Source of the DNA: Bacteroidetes bacterium HGW-Bacteroidetes-10
GTDB taxonomy: Bacteria > Bacteroidota > Bacteroidia > Bacteroidales > UBA932
Assembly (NCBI GenBank): GCA_002842695.1
Contig: PHDT01000006.1
Span: 2,358-66,357, forward strand
Direction of reading: 5' to 3'
DNA: 64,000 nt
This document shows, in pieces, positions 47,526 to 56,159 of the stretch. Position 1 is the first letter of the stretch. Every line of letters starts with the position of its first letter. The notes beneath the pieces are model-generated. The model was not told where the DNA came from. It did no database searches and saw only the letters and a program-made list of their open reading frames with translations. Made by a program: the position numbers and the translations under genes.

Positions 47526-48979
47526 TGTTTTAAATTTTGCCCAAAGTTAATAATCTTTCCTGCCATACCTCCAAACATAATCAGATGCACAGGCAGCAGG
47601 ATGTACCAATATGCCCTGCCGGAGAGACCCTTAGGTCTGAAAGTTGCTTTCTGGAACAGAAACTCCTTTCCATCTATTGATGTGATTCGAAATTCAAGCC
47701 AGGCCTCACCCGGGAGCTTCATCTCAGCAAAAAGCAGAAGCCTGCGGCCTGGTTTGTCTGCAACCAGAACCCTCCAGAAATCAAGGGTATCTCCTGCATT
47801 TATTGCAAGGCGGTTTGTTCTTCCTCTTCTGAGCCCCACACCACCGGCCATTTTGTCTATCAGCCCCCTGATACGCCACAAAAAATTCCCGAAGTACCAG
47901 CCTCTGTCACCGCCAATAGACCAAATATTTGACAGCACAATCCGGGAGCTGCCTTTTATCTCTCTTACTCTCTCATCTGTCAGTACTCCGTTCTCAGGTA
48001 CATTTACATTTGAAAAGAGAGAGTTGTCATTATAACTGGATACTAGTGAGTCCTTCCAGCTGGAAGGAACTTCGTCCTGCTCAATTACCCTTAATGCCTC
48101 AGCAACTGCTTCACTGTATGGTGTCAGAGTTATTCCCAGAAGCTTTGCCAGATTATTTTTTCTTGCAACTACTTCAATTTTCATGCTGTTAACAAGATTG
48201 GATGCCAGGGAAAAAGAGGTTGAGGTTATGAAATACAGCCAGTATGAAGACAACTTTGGAGTCATTACAGGTACCGTCAGAATGTATCTTTTGAGTCCTC
48301 TCTCTCGGCCGAAACCAAGTAGCATATCTTTGTATGTGAGTATATCCGGGCCGCCAATATCGTATGAGTGACCATATGTTTCGGGTTTATTTAAAACTCC
48401 GGTAAGAAATTCAATTACATTTCTTACAGAAATGGGCTGAGTTCTGGTGTTTAGCCATTTGGGCGCTACCATTACAGGGAGTTTTTCCACAAGATCGCGG
48501 ATAATTTCAAATGATGCACTGCCGGAGCCAACAATAATTCCGGCTCTTAATGTTGTTAGAGGGACGGAGCTCTTACTCAGAATGTCCTCAACATTTTTTC
48601 TTGATGCAAGGTGTTGTGAGAGCCTCTCTTCATTTACAATTCCACTCAGATATACAATCTGCTTAGCACCGGTTCCTTCAATAAAACTAACAAAATTTCT
48701 GGCTGAGAGAGCCTCCATTTCTGTGAAGCTGCCTTTATTGGTGCTCATTGAATGAATAAGATAATATGCTGCATCAATATCTTTTATGCTGTCATATATC
48801 TCAACACCCCTAAGAAAGTCGGCCTCAATTACAGAAACTGAAGGATGAGACAGAATGCCTTCTGCCCTGAAACGGTTGCGGTCTCTTACGCAACAAACTA
48901 TTTCGTGCCCCTGCGCAAGCAAAGATGGCAATAACCGTTTGCCAATATATCCGTTAGCTCCTGTAAGCAATATCTTCAT
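47522..48979 (-). CDS. NAD(P)H-binding (NmrA-like) domain fused to DUF2867-like C-terminal domain
   Basis: 485 aa with N-terminal LTGANGYIGKRL. The C-terminal ~150 aa (WRVLVADKPGRRLLLFAEMKLPGEAWLEF) resemble DUF2867. Confidence 0.7.
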   Translation of the reverse strand: MKILLTGANGYIGKRLLPSLLAQGHEIVCCVRDRNRFRAEGILSHPSVSVIEADFLRGVEIYDSIKDIDAAYYLIHSMSTNKGSFTEMEALSARNFVSFIEGTGAKQIVYLSGIVNEERLSQHLASRKNVEDILSKSSVPLTTLRAGIIVGSGSASFEIIRDLVEKLPVMVAPKWLNTRTQPISVRNVIEFLTGVLNKPETYGHSYDIGGPDILTYKDMLLGFGRERGLKRYILTVPVMTPKLSSYWLYFITSTSFSLASNLVNSMKIEVVARKNNLAKLLGITLTPYSEAVAEALRVIEQDEVPSSWKDSLVSSYNDNSLFSNVNVPENGVLTDERVREIKGSSRIVLSNIWSIGGDRGWYFGNFLWRIRGLIDKMAGGVGLRRGRTNRLAINAGDTLDFWRVLVADKPGRRLLLFAEMKLPGEAWLEFRITSIDGKEFLFQKATFRPKGLSGRAYWYILLPVHLIMFGGMAGKIINFGQNLKQ

Positions 48980-48980
48980 G

Positions 48981-49238
48981 CTACTCTTCTGATTCAGTCA
49001 GGTTTTTCTGATACTCATCAACTATGGGCTTTGCCCTGTCCAGATCTATTACAGATATAACAACCTTCACGGCAAATCCGCCTCCGCCGGAAACCCACCA
49101 TGGAGTCATGGTGCCAAGAATGTCATCCTTAAGATATGCCTTGATCTCGGCTGCTTCAAGCAAACTTTTGACCATCTCTGCCTGCCAGCTTGTGCCGGCA
49201 AAAATTTCTACTGTGTCTGTGTATTTATGACTTTTCAT
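48981..49238 (-). CDS. Small DUF2007-like protein
   Basis: 85-aa ORF tightly coupled to the neighbouring genes. The family call is tentative. Confidence 0.5.
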   Translation of the reverse strand: MKSHKYTDTVEIFAGTSWQAEMVKSLLEAAEIKAYLKDDILGTMTPWWVSGGGGFAVKVVISVIDLDRAKPIVDEYQKNLTESEE

Positions 49239-49271
49239 GATTGTATATCTTTAAGTTTAATTATAAGCTAT

Positions 49272-49850
49272 CTAAATCTGTCTCCTACCCAGCTCCTCTG
49301 TCTCTTTAATCCATTTGTCCCGTCGCTTTTCTGTAGAGCTCTTAACCTGGTCGAAAGTTGTTATCCTTACAGGTTTGATTCCGCAGAACTCAAGGATGCA
49401 CCTTTTGATTGAGTGGTGCCCCGGTTGCCTGAAGACCAGTTTATAGTACCATACAGGTGTATCCATAGTGACAATTACTCGTGCACTTCTTCCTGTTAGC
49501 AACTTGTCCCACATAGGAGAGTTTTCTCTGTAGCTGAAAGCATATTTTGGAAGAAATACCCTGTCAAAGAATCCTTTAAGAAGAGCGGGGTATGTTCCCC
49601 ACCATGTAGGGTAAATGAAAACCAGGTGGTTTGCCTCAAGAATATCTTTCTGAATTTCAACCAGATCTGGCTCCAGCTCTGTTCTCTGTCTGTAGCCATG
49701 TTTAAGAACAGGCTCAAACTCCAGGTCTGCCAGATTCACAAGCTTAATCTGTGCTCCGGATTGCCTGGCACCTTTTATGTAAGCATCTGCAAGAATTGTG
49801 TTGAGACTCTCTTTGTCGGGATTTCCGTTGATTACCAGGATCTTTTTCAT
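49272..49850 (-). CDS. Flavodoxin-like-fold NAD(P)H dehydrogenase (quinone)
   Basis: 192 aa. MKKILVINGNPDKESLN and FIYPTWWGTYPALLKGFFDRV are typical of the MdaB/KefG-like family. Confidence 0.8.
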   Translation of the reverse strand: MKKILVINGNPDKESLNTILADAYIKGARQSGAQIKLVNLADLEFEPVLKHGYRQRTELEPDLVEIQKDILEANHLVFIYPTWWGTYPALLKGFFDRVFLPKYAFSYRENSPMWDKLLTGRSARVIVTMDTPVWYYKLVFRQPGHHSIKRCILEFCGIKPVRITTFDQVKSSTEKRRDKWIKETEELGRRQI

Positions 49851-49965
49851 ATCTGATATTTGAGTTCTAATTTACTAATTCATTTCCACAGAATGCCTAT
49901 TATTTTTCTTTAACAGAAATTCCCTGCTCTGGCAACTATACTTGTATGCTGCCCTTAATAACTAT

Positions 49966-50367
49966 CTACTCAATGACAGGGACTGCCGGTCTGCCTCTAA
50001 GCGCACTCCAGGTGTCATCTATTGCAATCTGAGTAACCGGTCTCAGACCTATGAGCTCAAATGCACTCCAGACTGTCTCTCTTTTAATATCGCTTTTAAT
50101 CGCTCCTGTTCCTTTAGGATAACATGCCCAAAACATACAGTCATGTTTGCCGGCGTTCCTGAGGTGTTTTATCAGGAATTCAAGCTCCTGCTGATTTGTG
50201 GCAAACACCATAATAAAGTCATATTGTTTCTCATTAGAGGCTCCATCGTAGCGGTTGTCGAATTTGATTTCATAAAACGAGGTAAGAAGTTCAGAAGGCG
50301 CATTATGTATAAGAGCCTTCATTGAGGGATCGTACTTTAGTTTTTTGATAACAGCGGCTGCATCCAT
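49966..50367 (-). CDS. Hypothetical protein (DUF3052-like?)
   Basis: The ORF 49966..50442 was trimmed to MDAAAVIKKLKY (ATG 50367). The family call is tentative. Confidence 0.5.
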   Translation of the reverse strand: MDAAAVIKKLKYDPSMKALIHNAPSELLTSFYEIKFDNRYDGASNEKQYDFIMVFATNQQELEFLIKHLRNAGKHDCMFWACYPKGTGAIKSDIKRETVWSAFELIGLRPVTQIAIDDTWSALRGRPAVPVIE

Positions 50368-50456
50368 TGACTTTGAGTTGTTAATTGATTTTGTGTAAAT
50401 ATAGAAAAAAAGTGGCTGCGCCGCAATTTCTGTTAATTGCATGTATATCAGTAAAA

Positions 50457-50497
50457 TGAAAAAGACAAACTTTTCATATTGAGAAGTTTGTCTTTTG
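50457..50497. terminator. Intrinsic terminator after the DsrE-like gene
   Basis: AAAGACAAACTT (50461-50472) pairs with AAGTTTGTCTTT (50484-50495) in a 12-bp stem with flanking A/T runs. Confidence 0.7.
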
Positions 50498-50553
50498 TAA
50501 ACATCAGAAATACAAAATGTTAACAGAAATTGCGGCGGAGATTTCTTGCTCCT

Positions 50554-50910
50554 TTAAAACGTCAGCACCCTGTCACTATCCGTAACCCACTCAGCAAGAG
50601 TTGCCATAGTCGATTTCTCAGCTCCCTCAAAATATGGATGGTTTTTGTAAATACCGCACCTCGCCATACATGTTCCGCAAACTTTAACGGGAACATTGTT
50701 TGAAATGAGATCCCTTAACATCTGAGAGAGATCCTGGTCGTAACCTTCAGGCGCTTTGCAGACATCCCTTGCCATATCTACAGAGTCATTCATAAGGAAG
50801 ATTCTTACATCGTTGCCGTTCTTTCTGAGAGTTTCGGCGAGACGAAGGCCGTTCCAGGTGACATCTGTGTTGTCGTATGGTTCACGGTTGAATATTATAA
50901 GGACTTTCAT
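50554..50910 (-). CDS. DsrE/DsrF-like family protein
   Basis: 118 aa. The MKVLIIFNREPYD start and the VCGTCMARCG block resemble the DsrE-like fold. Confidence 0.7.
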   Translation of the reverse strand: MKVLIIFNREPYDNTDVTWNGLRLAETLRKNGNDVRIFLMNDSVDMARDVCKAPEGYDQDLSQMLRDLISNNVPVKVCGTCMARCGIYKNHPYFEGAEKSTMATLAEWVTDSDRVLTF

Positions 50911-50947
50911 GATTGATTTTATTATGCTTATGGAAAATATTGTTAAA

Positions 50948-50979
50948 CAAAAATAATTAATCTATGCCACATATGCAAA
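50948..50979 (-). promoter_or_regulatory. Candidate promoter of the DsrE-like gene
   Basis: On the minus strand, TTTG (50979-50976) is followed by a 20-nt spacer and TATTTTTG (50955-50948). It lies 37 nt upstream of the ATG at 50910 and abuts the outer end of repeat A. Confidence 0.5.
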
Positions 50980-50980
50980 T

Positions 50981-51406
50981 CTGACATGTTAGTTTTTCAT
51001 GAATAAAACTCTATCAGCAATTATTTCACCAAACCCAGATTAGCAAACAGTTTCCTAAGATTTCGGCTAACGACCCGTACGGCTGTATCGCGCTGTAAAT
51101 CAACGAGAGCCACTTTGTCCCCGCGGATGATCCGCGGGGATAAAGTGCTACTTGCAGATATACAATTAGTTACAGCCGTACGGGTCCGTGAAAAATTGAC
51201 ATTTAAAACATACTCGAAACCCTTACCAGGCAATGAAAACGACCTTCTGCGAGCAAGCTTGATAAACCTGTGCCGAAGGCTAACTCCCGCCGGGCATTTG
51301 CCCGGCACCTTTTAATTCTTATTAATTCTGCTACAATATTTCCAAACCGTTCATATATGGTACCATCCGCTTCGCAGCCGGTGGAGGTGCAGCGCTTCGC
51401 GCGCGC
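50981..51406 (+). repeat. Repeat copy A (~426 bp) of an unclassified structured element; inverted partner at 56703..57129
   Basis: It aligns end to end with the reverse complement of 56703-57129, roughly four-fifths identical by eye. It contains a 115-nt hairpin (51072-51186) and a terminator-like hairpin GCCGGGC-ATTT-GCCCGGC (51289-51306) followed by ACCTTTT. Confidence 0.85.
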
Positions 51407-51443
51407 AAGCAGCCTAAAGTTACCGCATGCGGCTGCTTACCTC

Positions 51444-51489
51444 TGAGGCAAGGTCGGTGAGGCAAAGGCGTCGAGGTAAGGTCATCGAG
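51444..51489. repeat. Three and a fraction tandem ~14-nt repeats (GAGGCAAGG core)
   Basis: The sequence reads TGAGGCAAGGTCGG / TGAGGCAAAGGCGT / CGAGGTAAGGTCAT / CGAG, directly abutting repeat A. Confidence 0.6.
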
Positions 51490-51496
51490 TTGTTAA

Positions 51497-51535
51497 ACGA
51501 AAAACAACCTGACAGATGTCCTGTCAGGTTGTTTT
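51497..51535 (-). terminator. Intrinsic terminator after the BFD-like gene
   Basis: AAAACAACCTGACAG (51501-51515) pairs with CTGTCAGGTTGTTTT (51521-51535) in a 15-bp stem with a T-rich tail on the minus strand. Confidence 0.75.
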
Positions 51536-51608
51536 GCAATATGGATATTTAGCTTGTTATGGCAATAAGGGTGGCGTTTGCAACGCGATTGAGGCTGTGT
51601 GGGTGAGG

Positions 51609-51788
51609 TTATCCGTTGATTTCGTTCAGGATATCCTGAATGTCGTCCTGACATTGTCCGCAGACGGTGCCTGCTGTGGTTATATCTCCAACCTCATCGA
51701 CTGTTTTTAAACCATTTTCTTTGATTGCCTTAACAATTTCGCTTTTGTAAATTTCATTGCAAGTGCAAATGAGTGTATCTTCTGCCAT
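51609..51788 (-). CDS. BFD-like [2Fe-2S]-binding domain protein (59 aa)
   Basis: Not in the ORF track (<60 aa). The minus strand encodes MAEDTLICTCNEIYKSEIVKAIKENGLKTVDEVGDITTAGTVCGQCQDDIQDILNEING, with the C-x-C...C-x2-C pattern of bacterioferritin-associated-ferredoxin-like domains. Confidence 0.75.
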   Translation of the reverse strand: MAEDTLICTCNEIYKSEIVKAIKENGLKTVDEVGDITTAGTVCGQCQDDIQDILNEING

Positions 51789-52050
51789 CTTTTTTATTGT
51801 TTAGTTAATATTAATCGTTTGGTGTGAAGTTTTTAAAGTCAGGAGTTATAATAACGGCTTATTTTATTTATTGTTCATTTGAAAACAGAATTGTTCGGAA
51901 AAGTTACCGGATGTATCTCTTTACGTTAGTTTGACCGAGGTCATGGTAAGTGAGCCGCCAACCGCTTTGTCGTTGAAGATGTGTGCATGCTCATCTTTGC
52001 TTTGCAGGGCAAGGATGAGGGCTTTGGGTGTCTGATAAGGGACAGCTGGT

Positions 52051-52722
52051 TTAGCGGGAGTACCTGGCGGCAAGCAGGAAGGATAAGATTGTAAGCTGAG
52101 TCCAGGCTATAGAAATTACAGCCACTTCAAAGATATACTCACGCATAATCCCATAGCTGTATATGACAGATGCCAGCGACAGCAGGGCGAGGATGAATCC
52201 GCATACCATGGTAACTCTGATGCTCTTGCCAAGCGGGCTCTTCCAGGAGTAGGCCGGGGCGGCGGTAAAGAGGGCAAGGGTCATGAGCAGAAATCCCGCC
52301 TCTTCAAGAGCAATAAAGATTCCGTGCGGGTTGAACTGGGTGAGAAGGGCGATTCCTTGGGTTTCGCCGCTGAGAAGACTTTGCTGAATTACAGTTACCT
52401 GTATAAAGTAATCAGATATAAGCATTACTGCGGATATAATAGCGAAGGAGAGTCCCATTCTGCTGAATAGTTTTTTCTCTGCAGGTGCATCGTTGTGTAT
52501 AAGAGAGAGAAGTGAGACAAACAACAGGGAGATGAACATTGCAGGGAACATCCACCAGTAGTCGCGTGGGAAACGGGAGGCTATCTCTGCGTAGGGATAT
52601 TCAAAACAGTTACCGGTGGTGCAAAAGGGGCCTGAGAGGGGCGGAGTCATTACCGCAAGGACAAAGGTTCCAAGGGTTACGAGGCCGGTTGTAAGAGCCA
52701 GCCATTTGCCGGGGTTTTTCAT
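52051..52722 (-). CDS. Hypothetical integral membrane protein (~6 TM)
   Basis: 223-aa hydrophobic ORF whose start overlaps the stop of the upstream gene. I recognise no family. Confidence 0.6.
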   Translation of the reverse strand: MKNPGKWLALTTGLVTLGTFVLAVMTPPLSGPFCTTGNCFEYPYAEIASRFPRDYWWMFPAMFISLLFVSLLSLIHNDAPAEKKLFSRMGLSFAIISAVMLISDYFIQVTVIQQSLLSGETQGIALLTQFNPHGIFIALEEAGFLLMTLALFTAAPAYSWKSPLGKSIRVTMVCGFILALLSLASVIYSYGIMREYIFEVAVISIAWTQLTILSFLLAARYSR

Positions 52723-53906
52723 TATATGTTTTTTTTGAGTTCTTGTTCCTTGTTTGGCGACAGGGTTCCAATCATCATAATGAGGGTTGTTATCACAACA
52801 ATCTGCAGAATAAGGTTTTGGTTAACAAAACCAATTTTATCAAGCGGAGAGATGGTAAGGAAGAGAAGAATTGTGATTAGACCGCGGGGTGCAATAAAGA
52901 CAAGAGGGAAGATTTTCTGGCCGGTTAGTTTTAACTGTAATGCCCGGATGATCAGTATAACACCCACTATACAAAAGGCCCACTGAAGGGAGTCGGCATT
53001 AAGAATTTCAGAGGTCTCAACAAGGAATCCGAACATAAGAAAGAAGAGTGAGCGGATTAGAAAAGTTGCTTCTGATGTGATTTCGCGGAAGCGGGTAACC
53101 TCTTTGTCAAGTGATCCGGTGTCCAGGCTATTAAGAATACTGATTCGTTTAAGTTTATCAAGATTTCCTATAGAAATACCAAATAGTAAAATAAAGATTA
53201 AAGCTGGTAGGTGGTAAAACTCGGCTATAGAGTATATTAGTATAACAAGAAGAATGATAGGAATAAACTTGATGTGATGATCGAGCTTGCTCAGCAGGAA
53301 AGAGAGGCCCACTGTAGCAATCGTTGATATAACAACCATCAATAGAAGTTCTAAACCAAAATCAACAAATGCTCCAAGAGTATATTTGGTGCTCATGGCA
53401 ACAAACGTAAAGAAAATTACACCAACTATATCTGAAAAGCTGGTGTCGTAAACAATAAATTCACGGTGTCTGCGTGACATGTTTCTGGAACTGGGAATTG
53501 CTATTGCGCTGCTTATAATGCTTATTGGAATTGCGTTCACCAGTGCCGAATTGAATGATTGGTCATCTATCATATAAAACAACCAAGCTATAGCGAAAGC
53601 GATTGCAAAGATTGAAAAGAGAGACCCCAGAAATGATTTTGAAATTAATTTTAGCTTTGATTTGTTGAAATCAAGTTCCATCGAGCCGTCCAGTACGATG
53701 AGAATCAGCCCTACAGATCCTAAAACAGGCAGAGTTGTTGTAAAATCGGGTACTTTAATACCCAGGAAGGTAGTTAATTCCTGAAGCAGCCAGCCAAGAA
53801 CCAGCAGCAGTATTACGGAAGGGACTTTGGTTTTTGTAGAGGTGAGGTCAAAAATATATGCAACCAGCAGCAAAGCGCAGAATGTTATGATTATAGTCGC
53901 TGTCAT
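52722..53906 (-). CDS. Cation:proton antiporter (Na+/H+ exchanger family)-like membrane protein
   Basis: 394 aa with ~11 TM segments. The N-terminal pattern (VPSVILLLVLGWLL...LGSVGLILIVLDGSMELD) resembles CPA-family exchangers. Confidence 0.55.
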   Translation of the reverse strand: MTATIIITFCALLLVAYIFDLTSTKTKVPSVILLLVLGWLLQELTTFLGIKVPDFTTTLPVLGSVGLILIVLDGSMELDFNKSKLKLISKSFLGSLFSIFAIAFAIAWLFYMIDDQSFNSALVNAIPISIISSAIAIPSSRNMSRRHREFIVYDTSFSDIVGVIFFTFVAMSTKYTLGAFVDFGLELLLMVVISTIATVGLSFLLSKLDHHIKFIPIILLVILIYSIAEFYHLPALIFILLFGISIGNLDKLKRISILNSLDTGSLDKEVTRFREITSEATFLIRSLFFLMFGFLVETSEILNADSLQWAFCIVGVILIIRALQLKLTGQKIFPLVFIAPRGLITILLFLTISPLDKIGFVNQNLILQIVVITTLIMMIGTLSPNKEQELKKNI

Positions 53907-53940
53907 GCAGGTGCGTCCGGTTAATTTTTAATAAATGTAG

Positions 53941-54774
53941 TTACTTTTTTAACATTTTCTGCAATGAAAAAATTGTAATAATTGTAATGGATGGAATAAT
54001 GAACACTGCGGGTATTACATTTACTCCCTGAATAGCCATTGCGGCAATCTTTGCGCAGAGCGCTGTCATGAGAAGCGAAAGAAACCCAAGGTATACGGTT
54101 CCCAGAACAAACCCGGCCGCCTTCCCTCTGTATAGCATAAGCCCTGTAATAAAACTGGCAGGAAGAAGCAGACCAAGGTCAAATCCCTGAACTATTAGTG
54201 TAGTGTAGTGGTCAAGTTCTCCGGGATAAATGGTGCCGTCTAAAAGCGGTGGCAGGACTACACTTAACCAAAGCATAGCAATAATAACTGAGTTAAATAC
54301 GAGTAAACCGCCGGCAAATTTATGAGGGGCCTTTTCTGAGAATTCTCCTGAACCGGCTGTGAAATTAAAGGAGAGAATCAGCCTTAAAAAGGTAAAGAAA
54401 GTTAGACCGAGAAGTGTCACCCACACAAGAAACATATAGTTATACATCCCCATTGCAGTGTAAAAGAGATAGGTAACAAGCAGATAGCCGGTTGTGCCTG
54501 TCAGGATATATTTTGAGCGGATGCTTCCTTTGCGGAATCCGGCAAATGAGAAAATGAGCAATGGTATTGCAATGAACAGAGTGACATAATCCTGAGCAAT
54601 TCCCTGAATGGCTACATCTGAGGACATATGCTTATAAATACCCTGTCCGTACAATTCAATGGTTTCACCTCTGACAGTTGTGTACTCCGATGGCCCGGGG
54701 CCGTCATTTGTGAAGATTCCACAGCATGCTGCGACTGCCGCGAGTATTGATATGAGGGTAATCTGGAGTTTCAT
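53941..54774 (-). CDS. Hypothetical integral membrane protein (~8 TM)
   Basis: 277-aa hydrophobic ORF in the same operon. I recognise no family. Confidence 0.6.
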   Translation of the reverse strand: MKLQITLISILAAVAACCGIFTNDGPGPSEYTTVRGETIELYGQGIYKHMSSDVAIQGIAQDYVTLFIAIPLLIFSFAGFRKGSIRSKYILTGTTGYLLVTYLFYTAMGMYNYMFLVWVTLLGLTFFTFLRLILSFNFTAGSGEFSEKAPHKFAGGLLVFNSVIIAMLWLSVVLPPLLDGTIYPGELDHYTTLIVQGFDLGLLLPASFITGLMLYRGKAAGFVLGTVYLGFLSLLMTALCAKIAAMAIQGVNVIPAVFIIPSITIITIFSLQKMLKK

Positions 54775-54848
54775 GGGCGGGATGATTATAAATTTGTTTT
54801 GATGATTCTAAATATGTTTCTCAAATTCTAATTCCGGTGACAAAGACT

Positions 54849-55427
54849 CTAAACAATTTCAATCCCAAAAACATCAAGGAGACCCGAAAGACCGCTTTGG
54901 GAAAACTTTGCTTTTTTGATTTTGTTCGATGTGGGATCAATTGAGTAGTTGAAGGATGTTGAGAGGTCTGCCTTCTCCAGGTTTGTACCGGAAAAGGTGG
55001 CATTCAGCATATCACATCCGTCCAAAAGTGAGCCGGAAATGTCTGAATCTGTGAAATCTGCCTCCTGGAGTGAGGATTTTCTGAAAATTACCTTTTTGAT
55101 TTTCATTCCAAAAAAGGAGGAGTTGTTCAGTATACACCCCTGAAAATCGAATGAAATCCCAATCTGGTCGCAATCTTCAAAATGGAGCCCCACCATTTTG
55201 CACTCACTGAAGGTAATATCCCGAAGGGCTGTCCGTTTTAGTTTAGCAAGGCTGAGGTTACTGCGAAAAAACGTGCATCCGTCAAAGATGAATTCTGACA
55301 GGTCTGAATTTGAAAAGTCGCAGTCGGTGAAGGTGCAGTTTTCGTACTCACCCTTTAAAGGCCCGCTCTCTCTGAGGTCTGCGCCGGTAAATGTTTGTGA
55401 AGCGATTAAAATTGGCTCGGATCTCAT
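54849..55427 (-). CDS. Pentapeptide-repeat protein
   Basis: 192 aa of consecutive A(D/N)LxX-type pentads (CTFTDCDFSNSDLSEFIFDGCTFFRSNLSLAKL...). Confidence 0.8.
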   Translation of the reverse strand: MRSEPILIASQTFTGADLRESGPLKGEYENCTFTDCDFSNSDLSEFIFDGCTFFRSNLSLAKLKRTALRDITFSECKMVGLHFEDCDQIGISFDFQGCILNNSSFFGMKIKKVIFRKSSLQEADFTDSDISGSLLDGCDMLNATFSGTNLEKADLSTSFNYSIDPTSNKIKKAKFSQSGLSGLLDVFGIEIV

Positions 55428-55448
55428 CTTTGAATCTGGAGTTTTTAC

Positions 55449-55631
55449 TTACGCTGCAAGGTGCTTAAACAGTTCGTATACCATGAACGCCGGCCATATT
55501 AATGCTTTCAGGAAACCAAGCACTCCTGTCCAGAAGGAGGTTGAGGCTCCAATAAAATAGATAGCTGCTCCAATGAGTCCGAGTCCGTAAACTGCACCAC
55601 ACGGAGCAGTGTTGTTCATCTCTTTTTTCAT
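55449..55631 (-). CDS. Small membrane protein (60 aa, 2 TM)
   Basis: Gly-rich TM segments (GAVYGLGLIGAAIYFIGAS) in a tight operon context. Confidence 0.5.
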   Translation of the reverse strand: MKKEMNNTAPCGAVYGLGLIGAAIYFIGASTSFWTGVLGFLKALIWPAFMVYELFKHLAA

Positions 55632-55655
55632 AGTTATTTGATTGAGGTTATGATG

Positions 55656-56159
55656 TTATTTTAAGTCCAAATCCAGTTGCCTTCCCTCTTCTGCCGCCTT
55701 TTTATCCATTCCAGAGCCAACCGCCATTCCAATGGCAAGTCCAATTGGAAGGCCGATTCCCAGATATGCCATGTTTCCAAGTGAGGTTCCGAATGCCACT
55801 CCCAGCGGAATCCCAAAAGCTGCCATTCCAATCGCCATCCACTGATTCTGATAATAATTTTTTGGAACAAGCTTCAGTTCCTTTTCCAGCATAGTTAGTG
55901 TGCTGCTGATAAAGTTTCTGAGCATTCTGCTCATCTCTTTGCTTTGGCCGGGAAAACCATTAATTGAGGTTATTTCGGCATTGATCTTTTCAACAATGTG
56001 TTCCGGAATTTCCCTGCTGCGAAGAACCTCAGTCAGCCTTACAGCCTGCCAGAAAGCAGCGTCAAATCTTTTGTCTCCGGCAAAATCAGGGCGCTGAATC
56101 AGTTTTTGAATTTCTGTATGCATGTGTGTTAGTGTTTTGATGACCTTAATGGAAAACAT
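55656..56159 (-). CDS. Hypothetical protein with C-terminal glycine-zipper membrane segment
   Basis: 167 aa with a soluble helical N-terminus followed by GMAAFGIPLGVAFGTSLGNMAYLGIGLPIGLAIGMAVGSG. Its start abuts the upstream stop. Confidence 0.55.
   Translation of the reverse strand: MFSIKVIKTLTHMHTEIQKLIQRPDFAGDKRFDAAFWQAVRLTEVLRSREIPEHIVEKINAEITSINGFPGQSKEMSRMLRNFISSTLTMLEKELKLVPKNYYQNQWMAIGMAAFGIPLGVAFGTSLGNMAYLGIGLPIGLAIGMAVGSGMDKKAAEEGRQLDLDLK

Noticed and set aside
51072-51186. Retron msr/msd or DGR template region (long hairpin)
   Set aside because: No reverse transcriptase ORF lies anywhere in the window, and I saw no adenine-biased TR/VR pair.
51021-51315. ORFs 51021..51308 (-) and 51115..51315 (+) in repeat A, and 56632..56829 and 56876..57094 (+) in repeat B, as a possible conserved small protein
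   Set aside because: I compared the two copies codon by codon over the shared STLSPRIIRGDKVAL...KLFAN.GLVK stretch. Most differences are non-synonymous, the upstream parts diverge, and the composition is Cys/Arg-rich. Conservation tracks the hairpin stems, not a reading frame.
51516-51710. 64-aa plus-strand ORF
   Set aside because: It is antisense to a better-supported 59-aa BFD-like gene (51609..51788, minus) and begins inside that gene's terminator hairpin.
51985-52015. Hairpin CTCATCTTTGC...GCAAGGATGAG downstream of the 6-TM gene as an intrinsic terminator, and small ORFs in the 51790-52050 gap
   Set aside because: No T-run follows it on the minus strand. The small ORFs (17-29 codons) show no bias or conservation that I can evaluate.
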